A stretch of DNA of 64,000 nt from Opitutales bacterium (GTDB lineage: Bacteria; Verrucomicrobiota; Verrucomicrobiia; Opitutales; UBA953), in NCBI GenBank assembly GCA_016463705.1, contig JAEMQU010000004.1, forward strand, positions 17,812 through 81,811, written 5' to 3'. The position numbers and the translations under genes are program-made. Below are positions 19,872-28,815 of the stretch, one piece after another (the first letter of the stretch is position 1; each line of letters starts with the position of its first letter). The notes beneath the pieces are model-generated. The model saw only the letters and a program-made list of their open reading frames with translations. It ran no database searches and was not told the DNA's origin.

Positions 19872-20927
19872 ATGCGTGCGCTAAAAGCCATCACCTTAGA
19901 TTTAGTCGGAACCCTACTGACGCCCCACCCTTCGGTCGGTGCAGTCTACGCTGATGCTGCTGAGCAATGCGGAGTAAAGATTCCTGCTAAAATTATCGAT
20001 GAACAATTTCCAGCAGCCTTTAAAAGTGTTTCATCGAAATTAAAGCCCGAAGCGTTTTGGAAAGAAGTTGTTGTCCGAACGCTTGGAGAACATCTGCCCT
20101 ATGAAAAAAGAGAGGAAGTCGTCGAAAAATGTTGGACCGCCTTTGCCTCGGCCAAGTCGTGGAAACTCACTCCGGGATCGATTAGTTCGCTCACGGCACT
20201 TCGCTTTCTCGGATTAAAGGTATGTGTACTTTCGAATACTGATGCGAGAATCCATGGGGTCTTGCGAGAACTCGATCTACTTAAATTTATCGATAAAGTA
20301 TTTTTAGCCGATGAAATTGGCTACCGAAAACCGGATGTGCGGGCTTTTCAGCATGTGTCACGTACTCTACAAATTCCCCTTAACCAACTCGCGCATCTGG
20401 GTGACAATCCTGATGAAGATGGTATCGGGGCGCGCGATGCAGGTGTTCTAGGTATCATCGTGGGTGGTCGTCATGCCCCTGAAAATTGCCTGCGGGCCGA
20501 AAAACTCTCAGAGATTCCCTATGTTGTAAGGGCCGTTTTAACTGAGGGTAAAAAGAAAGGACGCTTTTCCAGGAATGTGATTAATCTGCTAGCGAACTTA
20601 CGCGGCCTACCGGAGGACAAGGGTCGATCCACTTTTCGTCAGAGTGTATCCATCGATGATGCGGTCACGCAGGCTTTCCGAAAGCTGCGACTCGATAAAC
20701 CAGTACCCGAGGATGCGATTGTGGCATCATGGAATAAATTATTACCTTTAAAGTTAGCTCGACGTTGTGCGCCCTTGAGAGTCATCGAAGACGGTCGACT
20801 GATTATTCAGTGCGAAAGCGCCGTGATTAAATCTGAAGCACGATTCTTTGAGAAAAGTTTATTGCTGAAAATCCGAGAGCTTCCTGGCTGTCGCCAAGTT
20901 AAAGCAATTTCCTGGGTTACGGCTTAG
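19872..20927 (+). CDS. fusion protein: HAD-superfamily hydrolase (REG-2/HDHD3-like) + DUF721/DciA-like domain
   Basis: HAD motifs ITLDLVGTLL (I), VLSNTD (II), YRKPD (III), GDNPDEDGIGARDAG (IV) fall in aa 1-~220. The C-terminal ~115 aa (ASWNKLLPLKLARRCAPLRVIEDGRLIIQCESAVIKSEARFFEKSLLLKIRELPGCRQVKAISW) matches the DUF721/DciA pattern. Confidence 0.65.
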   Translation: MRALKAITLDLVGTLLTPHPSVGAVYADAAEQCGVKIPAKIIDEQFPAAFKSVSSKLKPEAFWKEVVVRTLGEHLPYEKREEVVEKCWTAFASAKSWKLTPGSISSLTALRFLGLKVCVLSNTDARIHGVLRELDLLKFIDKVFLADEIGYRKPDVRAFQHVSRTLQIPLNQLAHLGDNPDEDGIGARDAGVLGIIVGGRHAPENCLRAEKLSEIPYVVRAVLTEGKKKGRFSRNVINLLANLRGLPEDKGRSTFRQSVSIDDAVTQAFRKLRLDKPVPEDAIVASWNKLLPLKLARRCAPLRVIEDGRLIIQCESAVIKSEARFFEKSLLLKIRELPGCRQVKAISWVTA

Positions 20928-21342
20928 GATACTTTTCTTTAGGTTCAAACGGTTTTAGAAACGCCTCTTTGAAGTCGTAAATATTAACGAAGTCTTCGAT
21001 TTGATCTTCGGCCGAACGTCCAAAAAGCTTAGTGTCTATGATGTTAAAGACGATATTACCCACATCGACACTTTTCTTGATGCCCCAGTTATTCAACAAA
21101 GCAAAGGAGAGAGGTCCGTACGTCTCTAAGGTGTGTTGGCGAAAACCTTCTAAGAGTTCTTTGCCTGTGACGTGACGATTCGCTTTCTTGCTTCCCTTCT
21201 TTTCTTCGCCGTGAACTTTTTTTTGCGCGGCATCTAAAGCCATGCGTACGAGGTGGTAAGACTGCGGGCTGTAGCGTGGATCTTTTTCGTGACAGAGTTT
21301 AATCGCTTCTTCGAAATTCATATTAAAGTTTTTTAAGCTCAC
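20917..21342 (-). CDS. conserved PVC-type hypothetical protein (resembles the Minf_1886 family, recalled from memory)
   Basis: DPRYSPQSYHLVRMALDAA...RHVTGKELLEGFRQHTLETYGPLSFALLNNWGIKKSVDVGNIVFNIIDTKLFGRSAEDQIEDF. The start overlaps the hisC stop by 20 nt. Confidence 0.5.
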   Translation of the reverse strand: MSLKNFNMNFEEAIKLCHEKDPRYSPQSYHLVRMALDAAQKKVHGEEKKGSKKANRHVTGKELLEGFRQHTLETYGPLSFALLNNWGIKKSVDVGNIVFNIIDTKLFGRSAEDQIEDFVNIYDFKEAFLKPFEPKEKYPKP

Positions 21343-22411
21343 TTAGGAGTCGAGCGTTCTGAGCTTCGGTGCCGATGGTGAGTCGCAACCAACCACTCAT
21401 GCCGTAACCTTTGAGCGGGCGAACAATCACTCCGACTTTCTGTAATTTCACAAAGGCTTCTTCGGCATTAGGAATTTGGGCGGCTAAGAAGTTCGCTTTG
21501 CCGTCGATATATTTAAAACCTAATGCTTTGAGCCCTTGGCTCATTTGGTTAATGCCTGCAGCGTTGATTCTCTTACTCTGATTAAGAAACTCTTGATCAT
21601 CTAAAGCGGCTTCGGCGGCGGCGAGCGCTGGCAAGTTCACATTAAATGGTTGGCGCACACGGTTGAGTATTCCGCAAACCTCGCTCGAGCCCATCAGGTA
21701 GCCAACGCGAAGTCCGGCTAAGCCATAAGCTTTGGAGAACGTGCGAGTAACGACGATTTTCCGTCCGGCCTTGATCATTTCGCGCAAGTCCGCGGATGAA
21801 TCTAAATACTCGGTGTAAGCTTCATCTAAACAAAAGATAACGTGGTCGGGTAGTGATTTCGCTAAATCAACAATTTCTTGGGGATTGTCGGTTCCGCCCG
21901 TGGGATTATTGGGACTGGCTAAAAACAGGATGCGGGTTTTGTCGGTGACGGCTGCACGCATCGCTTTCAAGTCGTGACAGAAATTCGGCATGGGGACTTC
22001 GACTGGTGTCGCCCCTTGCATGAGTGTTGCTAATTTATAGACGACGAAAGCTTGAGATCCGAAAATAACTTCGCTGCCGGGTCGCAAGAAAGCTTGAGCC
22101 AAAAGAATCATCACTTCGTTAGAACCATTACCGATGACAAACTGGTTCGGCTGCATGGACCAAATTTTCGCAAGTTTTTCCCGCAAGAATGTCGAACTAC
22201 CATCGGGATAGAGGTGCGCTGAATCTAAAGCCTTTTTGGCTGCGGCGAGTCCTAGGGGCGATGGACCCAATGGATTTTCATTCGAGGCCAACTTGATCAC
22301 TGAACTTGGATCGAGACCAAATTCCCGTGCCACCACTTCAATAGGACGCCCAGCCTCGTAGACTGGCTGAGAGAGCACCTGATGATTGGCCAATTCTGAA
22401 TAGGTCGGCAT
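21323..22411 (-). CDS. hisC: histidinol-phosphate aminotransferase
   Basis: Start chosen at ATG 22411 (MPTYSELANHQVL...). The longer track ORF to 22579 would run across the divergent gene. LASNENPLGPSP, NGSNE, PNNPTG, FSKAYGLAGLRVGY (PLP lysine). Confidence 0.88.
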   Translation of the reverse strand: MPTYSELANHQVLSQPVYEAGRPIEVVAREFGLDPSSVIKLASNENPLGPSPLGLAAAKKALDSAHLYPDGSSTFLREKLAKIWSMQPNQFVIGNGSNEVMILLAQAFLRPGSEVIFGSQAFVVYKLATLMQGATPVEVPMPNFCHDLKAMRAAVTDKTRILFLASPNNPTGGTDNPQEIVDLAKSLPDHVIFCLDEAYTEYLDSSADLREMIKAGRKIVVTRTFSKAYGLAGLRVGYLMGSSEVCGILNRVRQPFNVNLPALAAAEAALDDQEFLNQSKRINAAGINQMSQGLKALGFKYIDGKANFLAAQIPNAEEAFVKLQKVGVIVRPLKGYGMSGWLRLTIGTEAQNARLLSELKKL

Positions 22412-22443
22412 AAAGTTATATAACAAACCATCTTGGGCAATTT

Positions 22444-22474
22444 GGCAAGCGTCGGAACGCCCTCCCCGCTTGCC
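22444..22474. repeat. perfect 8-bp inverted repeat (GGCAAGCG-N15-CGCTTGCC) in the hisC / SDR divergent spacer; function unknown
   Basis: Read directly from the sequence: ggcaagcg at 22444-22451 and cgcttgcc at 22467-22474. Confidence 0.5.
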
Positions 22475-22504
22475 TAAATCAGATTTTTTATATTTGTTCG
22501 AAGC

Positions 22505-23470
22505 ATGCGAATAATCGTTACAGGAGCCACCGGTTTTCTGGGCCGGGCTGTAGTCGAGGCCGCCCAACGCCGGGGACATGATGTTTTAGCCATTGGCGGA
22601 AAGAACACTCTCTATCTCAGTGAGCCCGTTCGCTTTTTGCAGATGAATCTCTGCGACGAGGTAAAATTACAATCGCTTATGCTGGAAGAGTTTCCCCAAG
22701 CGGTAATCAATTGTGCAGGCTTAACTAAAGTGCAAGATTGTGAATCGAATCAAGAATTAGCGACGCAACTCAATGAGCATTTGCCCAAGAAATTAGCACA
22801 ACTTTGTTTTCATGTCGGCGGTAAACTTATCCATTTTTCGACGGACATGGTCTTTGATGGTCAGACCGGTAAATATGGTCACACCGATCAGCCCCAGCCG
22901 CTCAACACCTATGCTTCAACGAAAGCGGCAGGCGAAGTCGCAGTATTGAATTATGGTAGAGAGCATTCCGCAGTCGTCCGAACGTCTGTTCTCAATGGCA
23001 ATTCTTTCACCGGACAATTCTCACTGCATGAGCGACTTTTTCAGGAGTGGGCTTCGGGTAAGGTAAGTTCGCTTTTTACCGATGAGATTCGTCAACCCGT
23101 CTCTTACAGTAATCTCGCCGATGTTGCGGTGGAGTTATGTGAAAGAACGACGCTCAATGGTGTTTATCACTGGGCTGGATTAGATGCACTCAGTCGTTAT
23201 TCAATCGGACAAAAAATCGCAGAGCACTTTGGCTTAAATCCTGAAAAATTACTTAAGCCGATTACGCGCGAAAACGTGACCGACGACCCCTTGCGTCCGC
23301 GTAATCTTAGCTTATTACTCCACCCCTTGGCTGGTAAACTAAGGACGCCTGCGCAGACATTTACTGACCAATTAGGCGAATTACGTGTGCCCCGTGGCTG
23401 TGAAGACTGGTATGAAAAGGAAACTGGGCGAAAGGTCGTGCGTTTACTGCAGAAGTCGTTAGATTATTAA
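22505..23470 (+). CDS. RmlD/MAT2B-like NAD(P)-dependent SDR (dTDP-4-dehydrorhamnose reductase family)
   Basis: MRIIVTGATGFLGRAV Rossmann motif, STDMVFDG, YASTKAAGE (YxxxK); 321 aa. Confidence 0.7.
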   Translation: MRIIVTGATGFLGRAVVEAAQRRGHDVLAIGGKNTLYLSEPVRFLQMNLCDEVKLQSLMLEEFPQAVINCAGLTKVQDCESNQELATQLNEHLPKKLAQLCFHVGGKLIHFSTDMVFDGQTGKYGHTDQPQPLNTYASTKAAGEVAVLNYGREHSAVVRTSVLNGNSFTGQFSLHERLFQEWASGKVSSLFTDEIRQPVSYSNLADVAVELCERTTLNGVYHWAGLDALSRYSIGQKIAEHFGLNPEKLLKPITRENVTDDPLRPRNLSLLLHPLAGKLRTPAQTFTDQLGELRVPRGCEDWYEKETGRKVVRLLQKSLDY

Positions 23471-23471
23471 T

Positions 23472-24179
23472 ATGGATGTACTACCTCGCGAATGGTGCAC
23501 TGCCGTAACTAATATGTCGGTTAACTTGTTGTTGCTCGATCATTATCCGCACCCGAAAAATATCCGCTTTCGTCCCTTTGCTTGGTCGGAACCCGCTTAC
23601 ACTTTTGGGGTTTCCCAGGACTGGAAAAAATATCGGGCCGTGGTACCTCCACAAATGGCACTGATTCGTCGTTCAACCGGTGGTGGTCTAGTTTCGCATA
23701 TGGAGGATTGGACATTTGCCATCGTCATTCCCACCGAGCACCCGCTGTACAAATCGGGTACACAAGAAGCGTATGAAACCGTGCATCAAGCACTTCTCGA
23801 ATGTCTTTTAGCTCAAAATCTAAAAGTAAAATTAGTTCCGCTACCCACTTCTGAACGAGAATTCAAAGCACCCGATCAATGTGAACACCACGCCGAGCCG
23901 CATGACTTAGTTTTAGTGGAAGATAATCGCAAAGTCGCTGGAGCCGCCCAAAAACGTAATAGAAACGGTATCCTAATCGAAGGTTACATTTCTCGCACGC
24001 TCTTAGCGGGTTGCGACTGGGAACGCTTCGCTGAAGATTTTCCGAAAGTGCTCGGCAAAGCGCTCAAGAGTGAGCCGGTCAATATCCACTCTCCTGTTTA
24101 CGATCAATCACACTACGAAGGTTGTTGGGCTAAGTTTAATTCGTGCAGTTGGAATGAGCACCGCGACTTACCCGAATAA
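23472..24179 (+). CDS. biotin/lipoate A/B protein ligase-family protein (LplA/LipB-fold catalytic domain only)
   Basis: RRSTGGGLVSHMEDWTFAIV and KVAGAAQKRNRNGILIEG resemble the LplA RRxSGGGAV.H and lysine-containing motifs. 235 aa with no C-terminal LplA accessory domain. The start could be the internal Met at aa 15. Confidence 0.6.
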   Translation: MDVLPREWCTAVTNMSVNLLLLDHYPHPKNIRFRPFAWSEPAYTFGVSQDWKKYRAVVPPQMALIRRSTGGGLVSHMEDWTFAIVIPTEHPLYKSGTQEAYETVHQALLECLLAQNLKVKLVPLPTSEREFKAPDQCEHHAEPHDLVLVEDNRKVAGAAQKRNRNGILIEGYISRTLLAGCDWERFAEDFPKVLGKALKSEPVNIHSPVYDQSHYEGCWAKFNSCSWNEHRDLPE

Positions 24180-26738
24180 ATCTAACTCGGGTCCTTGATG
24201 CTTTTTCTCGGACGGACTTTTCGCTGGAGGAGTTTCCGTTTTCTTTTTCAGTACTTTAACAGGTACGGCAAGTTCACTGACATCTGCCGTTTTGACGACT
24301 TGCTTATTAGGCAAACCTCCCCCGGTTTCTAAACCCGATAAAATTTCCCGGGCGCGTGAGACAACACCGGGCGGCATTCCCGCTAATCGAGCGACCTGGA
24401 TGCCATACGAACGATCCGCTGCGCCGGGTACGACTCGTCGGATAAAGACAATTTCGTCCTGCCACTCTTTGACTGCTACTGACCAGTTACGTAAACGCGG
24501 GAGCGATGAGGCTAACTGAGTTAATTCATGATAGTGAGTGGCAAAGAGCGTGCGCGGTCCGGCATGCTCTTTGCCGTGTAAGTGTTCAGCTACGGCCCAG
24601 GCGATGCTGATGCCATCATAGGTGCTCGTGCCGCGACCGATTTCATCTAAAACAACCAAAGACTTCACCGTGGAATTATTTAAAATATTAGCCGTCTCAT
24701 TCATCTCTACCATGAACGTAGAATTACCCCGAGCCAGTTCATCGGAAGCGCCGACGCGACAAAATACTCTATCCACTAAACCGATGTGGGCTTCAGTCGC
24801 GGGCACCCAGCAACCAATATGAGCGAGCAAGACAATCAGAGCGACTTGTCTGATGTAGGTTGATTTACCAGCCATGTTAGGGCCGGTGATCAGCGCGATT
24901 TGTTCTTTGCTCGATTGGAGGTCGGTATCGTTCGGCACGAAGGAACCTGCTCCTGGTCTATTTTGTAAAACGCGTTCAATCACTGGATGGCGACCTTGTT
25001 TGATTTTGATTAGGTCAGAATGGTCCACGGTCGGACAGCACCAGTTGGACTCTCGGGCTAATTCAGCCCAGCCATGCAAGATGTCCACTTCCGCCAACGT
25101 TTGTGCGGTCACTAAGAGCGATGAAGTTTTAGCCAGTACTTCGGAGAGTAAAATCTGGAATAAATCTAATTCACGAGAAAGCGCTTGTTCATCGGCTCGT
25201 AAGACTTCCCTTTCCTTTTTACGAAGTTCCTCAGTCGTATAACGCTCTGCATTCACCATCGTTTGTTTCCGAATATAGTCAGCGGGCACTTGATCTAAAT
25301 TCGATTTTGTTATTTCAATCGCATAACCAAACGCACCGTTATATTTTACTTTTAGATTCTTAATACCGGTACGGGTTTGTTCCTGACGTTCAAAATCGGA
25401 AATCCAAGTTTTGCTATCGGTCGCGAGTGAGCGGAGGCGATCGAGTTCAGAATCAAAGCCCGAGCGTAAGGCCCCACCTTCTGTTAAATCGATGGGCAAT
25501 TCATCAGCTAAAGCTTTCTCGAGTTTAACTAATAGGTCATTTTCGCAGTCAACTTTTTCTGCGTATAATTGAACGGCGGCATTAGGTAAGGCGGCCAATT
25601 CTTCCTTGAGGGCGGGAAATGCCTTGAGCGAATCTCGAATGCCTCCCAATTCGCGGGGGTTACGCAGGCGATTCTGTAAGCGGGCTAAAATTCTTGGAAT
25701 ATCACGGGTGCTATTGAGTAATTCGGCAACGCGTGCAGAGGCTCCAGGATGTTTGACGAAGCCCGTGATTGCATTTTGACGTTGTTGAATGATTGCTAAG
25801 TCGGTGGAGGGCTCGGTTAACCACATGGCCAAAAGTCGGGCCCCACCCGCCGTGCAGGTGCGATCGATGGAATCTAAAAGAGAGGTTTCTTTAGAGCCAT
25901 TGGTGCTGTTAAAAAGTTCAAGATTCTTAGCCGAGGCGGCATCGATCAGTACCGAGGAGCCAAGTTTGAGTTCTGTGACTTTAAAAAGATTTTGCGGACG
26001 ACTACATAATGAATCTGTCACGTATCCGAGTACAGCTCCGGCTGCACCGAGTGCGGGATGAGCATCATTCATTCCAAAGCCGGCCAGACTATGTACGGAG
26101 AGTGTTTGGCAAACTAGCTGAAACCCTGCGGAGCTCTCAAAATTCCAACTCGGGAGGCGCGAGACTGAACGGCCCTCTAAAAATATTTCGAGGTGTTGAC
26201 TAAATGCGGGATCCACTTCCAGGCCTTCGGGTAATAATATTTCGCGCGGATTGATTGAATGCAAAAGTGATAATAAACGTTCTACTTGGGTGTCTGTCGC
26301 GATACGGAAATCGGCCGTTGAGACATCGAGCCATGAGGCGTGCCAACCTTGTTTATTCCAGTTGAGCGCTAAAAGATAATTACCGCGACGTGAGTCTAAT
26401 TGAGAATCTTCCAGTGCGGTACCAGGGGTGAGGATGCGGGTGATGCCGCGACGCACTAGTTTGCCCGTGACGGGTGCTTCTAGTTGATCGCAGATGGCGA
26501 CCTTCCAGCCTGCCGCGAGCAGCCGATTTACATAGTTAGGTGCCGCGTGATACGGTAAGCCAGCCATAGGCGTCTCATGTCGCTTCGTGAGGGTTAGACC
26601 AATGACCTTGGAGGCGGTCACCGCATCTTCGCCAAACACTTCATAGAAGTCGCCCAGTCGAAATAGCAAAAGAGTACCTGGTGCGAGTTTGTCTCGCATT
26701 TCCCGGTATTGTTTTTGCATGGGGGTTTCCTTCTCCAC
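24168..26738 (-). CDS. mutS: DNA mismatch repair protein MutS
   Basis: TPMQKQYREM...LLFRLGDFYEVFGEDA N-terminus, Walker A GPNMAGKST, STFMVEM, DEIGRGTSTYDG, THYHEL. Confidence 0.95.
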   Translation of the reverse strand: MEKETPMQKQYREMRDKLAPGTLLLFRLGDFYEVFGEDAVTASKVIGLTLTKRHETPMAGLPYHAAPNYVNRLLAAGWKVAICDQLEAPVTGKLVRRGITRILTPGTALEDSQLDSRRGNYLLALNWNKQGWHASWLDVSTADFRIATDTQVERLLSLLHSINPREILLPEGLEVDPAFSQHLEIFLEGRSVSRLPSWNFESSAGFQLVCQTLSVHSLAGFGMNDAHPALGAAGAVLGYVTDSLCSRPQNLFKVTELKLGSSVLIDAASAKNLELFNSTNGSKETSLLDSIDRTCTAGGARLLAMWLTEPSTDLAIIQQRQNAITGFVKHPGASARVAELLNSTRDIPRILARLQNRLRNPRELGGIRDSLKAFPALKEELAALPNAAVQLYAEKVDCENDLLVKLEKALADELPIDLTEGGALRSGFDSELDRLRSLATDSKTWISDFERQEQTRTGIKNLKVKYNGAFGYAIEITKSNLDQVPADYIRKQTMVNAERYTTEELRKKEREVLRADEQALSRELDLFQILLSEVLAKTSSLLVTAQTLAEVDILHGWAELARESNWCCPTVDHSDLIKIKQGRHPVIERVLQNRPGAGSFVPNDTDLQSSKEQIALITGPNMAGKSTYIRQVALIVLLAHIGCWVPATEAHIGLVDRVFCRVGASDELARGNSTFMVEMNETANILNNSTVKSLVVLDEIGRGTSTYDGISIAWAVAEHLHGKEHAGPRTLFATHYHELTQLASSLPRLRNWSVAVKEWQDEIVFIRRVVPGAADRSYGIQVARLAGMPPGVVSRAREILSGLETGGGLPNKQVVKTADVSELAVPVKVLKKKTETPPAKSPSEKKHQGPELDLFG

Positions 26739-26815
26739 GACTCACCAGCCAATAGAGCCCGGCGGTGTGAGCAAGAATGGATTAATCCTGGGTAGAACTA
26801 ACCCAGCAAATTTGT

Positions 26816-28363
26816 TCACATTACCTGAGCGGCTAATTCGGAAAGTGCACTACGGACACCTTGGAGCAATCTGACATTAGCGGCGATACTATGCCCTTTC
26901 ATTCGCTCATGCGTGTGAATTAGGCCGTTAGATTTGCTGTCCAGGTAAGGAGTGTCGACCTGATCAAGGTCACCGATGAGGACTACTTTAGAACCTTCGC
27001 CGATACGGGTAATCACGGTTTTAGCTTCATGAGGGGTCATGTTTTGCGCCTCATCCACAATCATGAATGCGTGACCAATCGATCGACCGCGGATAAAGGT
27101 CATCGCTTCAATTTCGATCAAACCAGAATCAATGAGCCACTGATAAGGTTTTCTGGGCTGTCCAATTTGCTGAAATTGAGAACCAAAAATAGGTTGGGCT
27201 GCTTTCATCGCCTGAGCTTTTTTTTGTTTTCTTTGAGAGTCTGTCGCGATCGGCAGTTTATTATTCGCTGGAACTTGAGCGGCTGCCGGAGCTCCGGTGC
27301 GCGAAAAGAGAACTTCTAAATTATCGAAATAAGGCTGAATATAAGGAGAGAGTTTCTCTTCTTTGGTACCTGGAAGTGCACCGATGTCTTTACCGATTTG
27401 GACGACGGGACGTGACACATACAATTTCTTGTAAGGTGAGAAATCGCTCAAAACTTGAGAAAGGGCTGCAGCGATGGATAAGAATGTCTTACCCGTGCCC
27501 GCACGACCAAAGCAGGTCACTAATTTAATATCGGGATTAAGCAGTGCATCGAGGAAGATCCACTGTTCGAAATTTTTCGGTATGACGCGCATGCCGCGAG
27601 GCATCTGTAATCCTTTGCGCGCTCCACTCGCTGTGGAAATAAATTCACGGTAAAGACTCAGAGGTACAAACGCTCCATCGCCCACGTGTCGGGCTGGCTC
27701 GGCCCAGGAATCCGAAGTGAGTATGACATACTCATTAATGATGGGAGCTGGATCGTCTTTCTTGAAATTAACGGCGACTTGGGCGACATCACGGAAGTCG
27801 CGCATGGCAGCTGCGGAAATGGGAATCGGACGATATTCACCATAGTCACTAATCTCAATGCGGTCATTACGATAGTCTTGAACTTCTAGGCCGAGGGCTT
27901 GGGCCTTGAGTGCCATACAGGCATCCTTGGTGACTAAGATGACGGGACCTTTAGAAGTATCGCGTAAATAAACTGCGGAGGCGATGATGCGGTGATCAGG
28001 GGCATCCACTTGCATGAACACCGCACGGAGACGTTCGTTGTTCGGACCGGTAAAATGGTCGCGAATTAAAGACTCGTTAATAATGATCCTAAGTTCACCA
28101 CCGTCACGCAAGTCAGCGTGTAATGCGGCGGGCTTGGAGACATCGCCTTCGACGATATCTTTTAAATTCTTATTCTCGAAAAGAGAACGCACGGTGCGAT
28201 TGACGCGCCGCGCACTGGCCCCTAACTGCCCCGGCTGCGTTTTGTGGCGATCCAGTTCGGAGAGTACCTCCACTGGGATTGCTACAATATGCTCATCAAA
28301 CTTAAAGAGCGATTCTGGATCATGAATTAAAACATTCGTATCCAAGACGTAGGTTTTTCTCAC
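26816..28363 (-). CDS. PIN-domain / PhoH-like ATPase (YlaK-type)
   Basis: GTG start. N-terminal PIN (TYVLDTNVLIHDP), PhoH Walker A GRAGTGKTF, IRGRS, IVDEAQN, GDLDQVD. Confidence 0.85.
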   Translation of the reverse strand: MRKTYVLDTNVLIHDPESLFKFDEHIVAIPVEVLSELDRHKTQPGQLGASARRVNRTVRSLFENKNLKDIVEGDVSKPAALHADLRDGGELRIIINESLIRDHFTGPNNERLRAVFMQVDAPDHRIIASAVYLRDTSKGPVILVTKDACMALKAQALGLEVQDYRNDRIEISDYGEYRPIPISAAAMRDFRDVAQVAVNFKKDDPAPIINEYVILTSDSWAEPARHVGDGAFVPLSLYREFISTASGARKGLQMPRGMRVIPKNFEQWIFLDALLNPDIKLVTCFGRAGTGKTFLSIAAALSQVLSDFSPYKKLYVSRPVVQIGKDIGALPGTKEEKLSPYIQPYFDNLEVLFSRTGAPAAAQVPANNKLPIATDSQRKQKKAQAMKAAQPIFGSQFQQIGQPRKPYQWLIDSGLIEIEAMTFIRGRSIGHAFMIVDEAQNMTPHEAKTVITRIGEGSKVVLIGDLDQVDTPYLDSKSNGLIHTHERMKGHSIAANVRLLQGVRSALSELAAQVM

Positions 28364-28409
28364 AGACGCACACTCGGTTGTTTTTCTCGCTGGAGCAATC
28401 AGTAAAAAA

Positions 28410-28715
28410 TTATTTCTGCAAGTCAGCGATCCGTCTGAGGTATTCCCAACTGTAGATGCCGGTCTTGTGTCCGTCGCTGAACTCGAAGGTTACAGCATAG
28501 TTACCGATTCTTGTTAATTGTATGACGCTGACGCCTGGGAATTGTCGCGGGCCGTCCCCACCCCATCGTTTTCCAAGAATATCCACCTCGCCCATATTCT
28601 CGGCACTGGGTGAACGTTCCCGTAAAAATTCCCCACTCAGAAAGTGTTCCGTTTGATCGGCCCATTGGATGGCGATGAAGTCACCGACGATTTCAATTTT
28701 GTTTGGGGCGAGCAT
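28410..28715 (-). CDS. DUF971-family protein (gamma-butyrobetaine hydroxylase-like N-terminal domain)
   Basis: 101 aa. FLRERSPSAE...DGHKTGIYSWEYLR matches the DUF971 pattern as recalled. Confidence 0.6.
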   Translation of the reverse strand: MLAPNKIEIVGDFIAIQWADQTEHFLSGEFLRERSPSAENMGEVDILGKRWGGDGPRQFPGVSVIQLTRIGNYAVTFEFSDGHKTGIYSWEYLRRIADLQK

Positions 28716-28815
28716 TGATTGTACTTATAAATCAATTCTTTTTACCAGTCAGGCAACCTGTAAACCTCGGTGAACCCTTGACTAAATATGAGTTATAAGT
28801 GAGTTTCATTTATTC

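Noticed and set aside
22412-22579. A 56-aa N-terminal extension of the hisC ORF overlapping the divergent SDR gene.
   Set aside because: The extension has no homology to HisC N-termini and would erase the divergent promoter region. The ATG at 22411 gives a normal HisC start.
24292-26203. Several 64-122-aa plus-strand ORFs inside mutS, and similar short antisense ORFs inside most long genes.
   Set aside because: All lie fully within strongly supported genes on the opposite strand and have no recognisable motifs. They are the expected background in sequence of this composition.
26760-26800. A CTGGGT-N7-ACCCAG hairpin downstream of the PIN-PhoH gene, considered as a terminator.
   Set aside because: It is a 6-bp stem with no U tract on the minus-strand transcript, and it lies in the likely mutS promoter/5' region. 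The evidence is insufficient.
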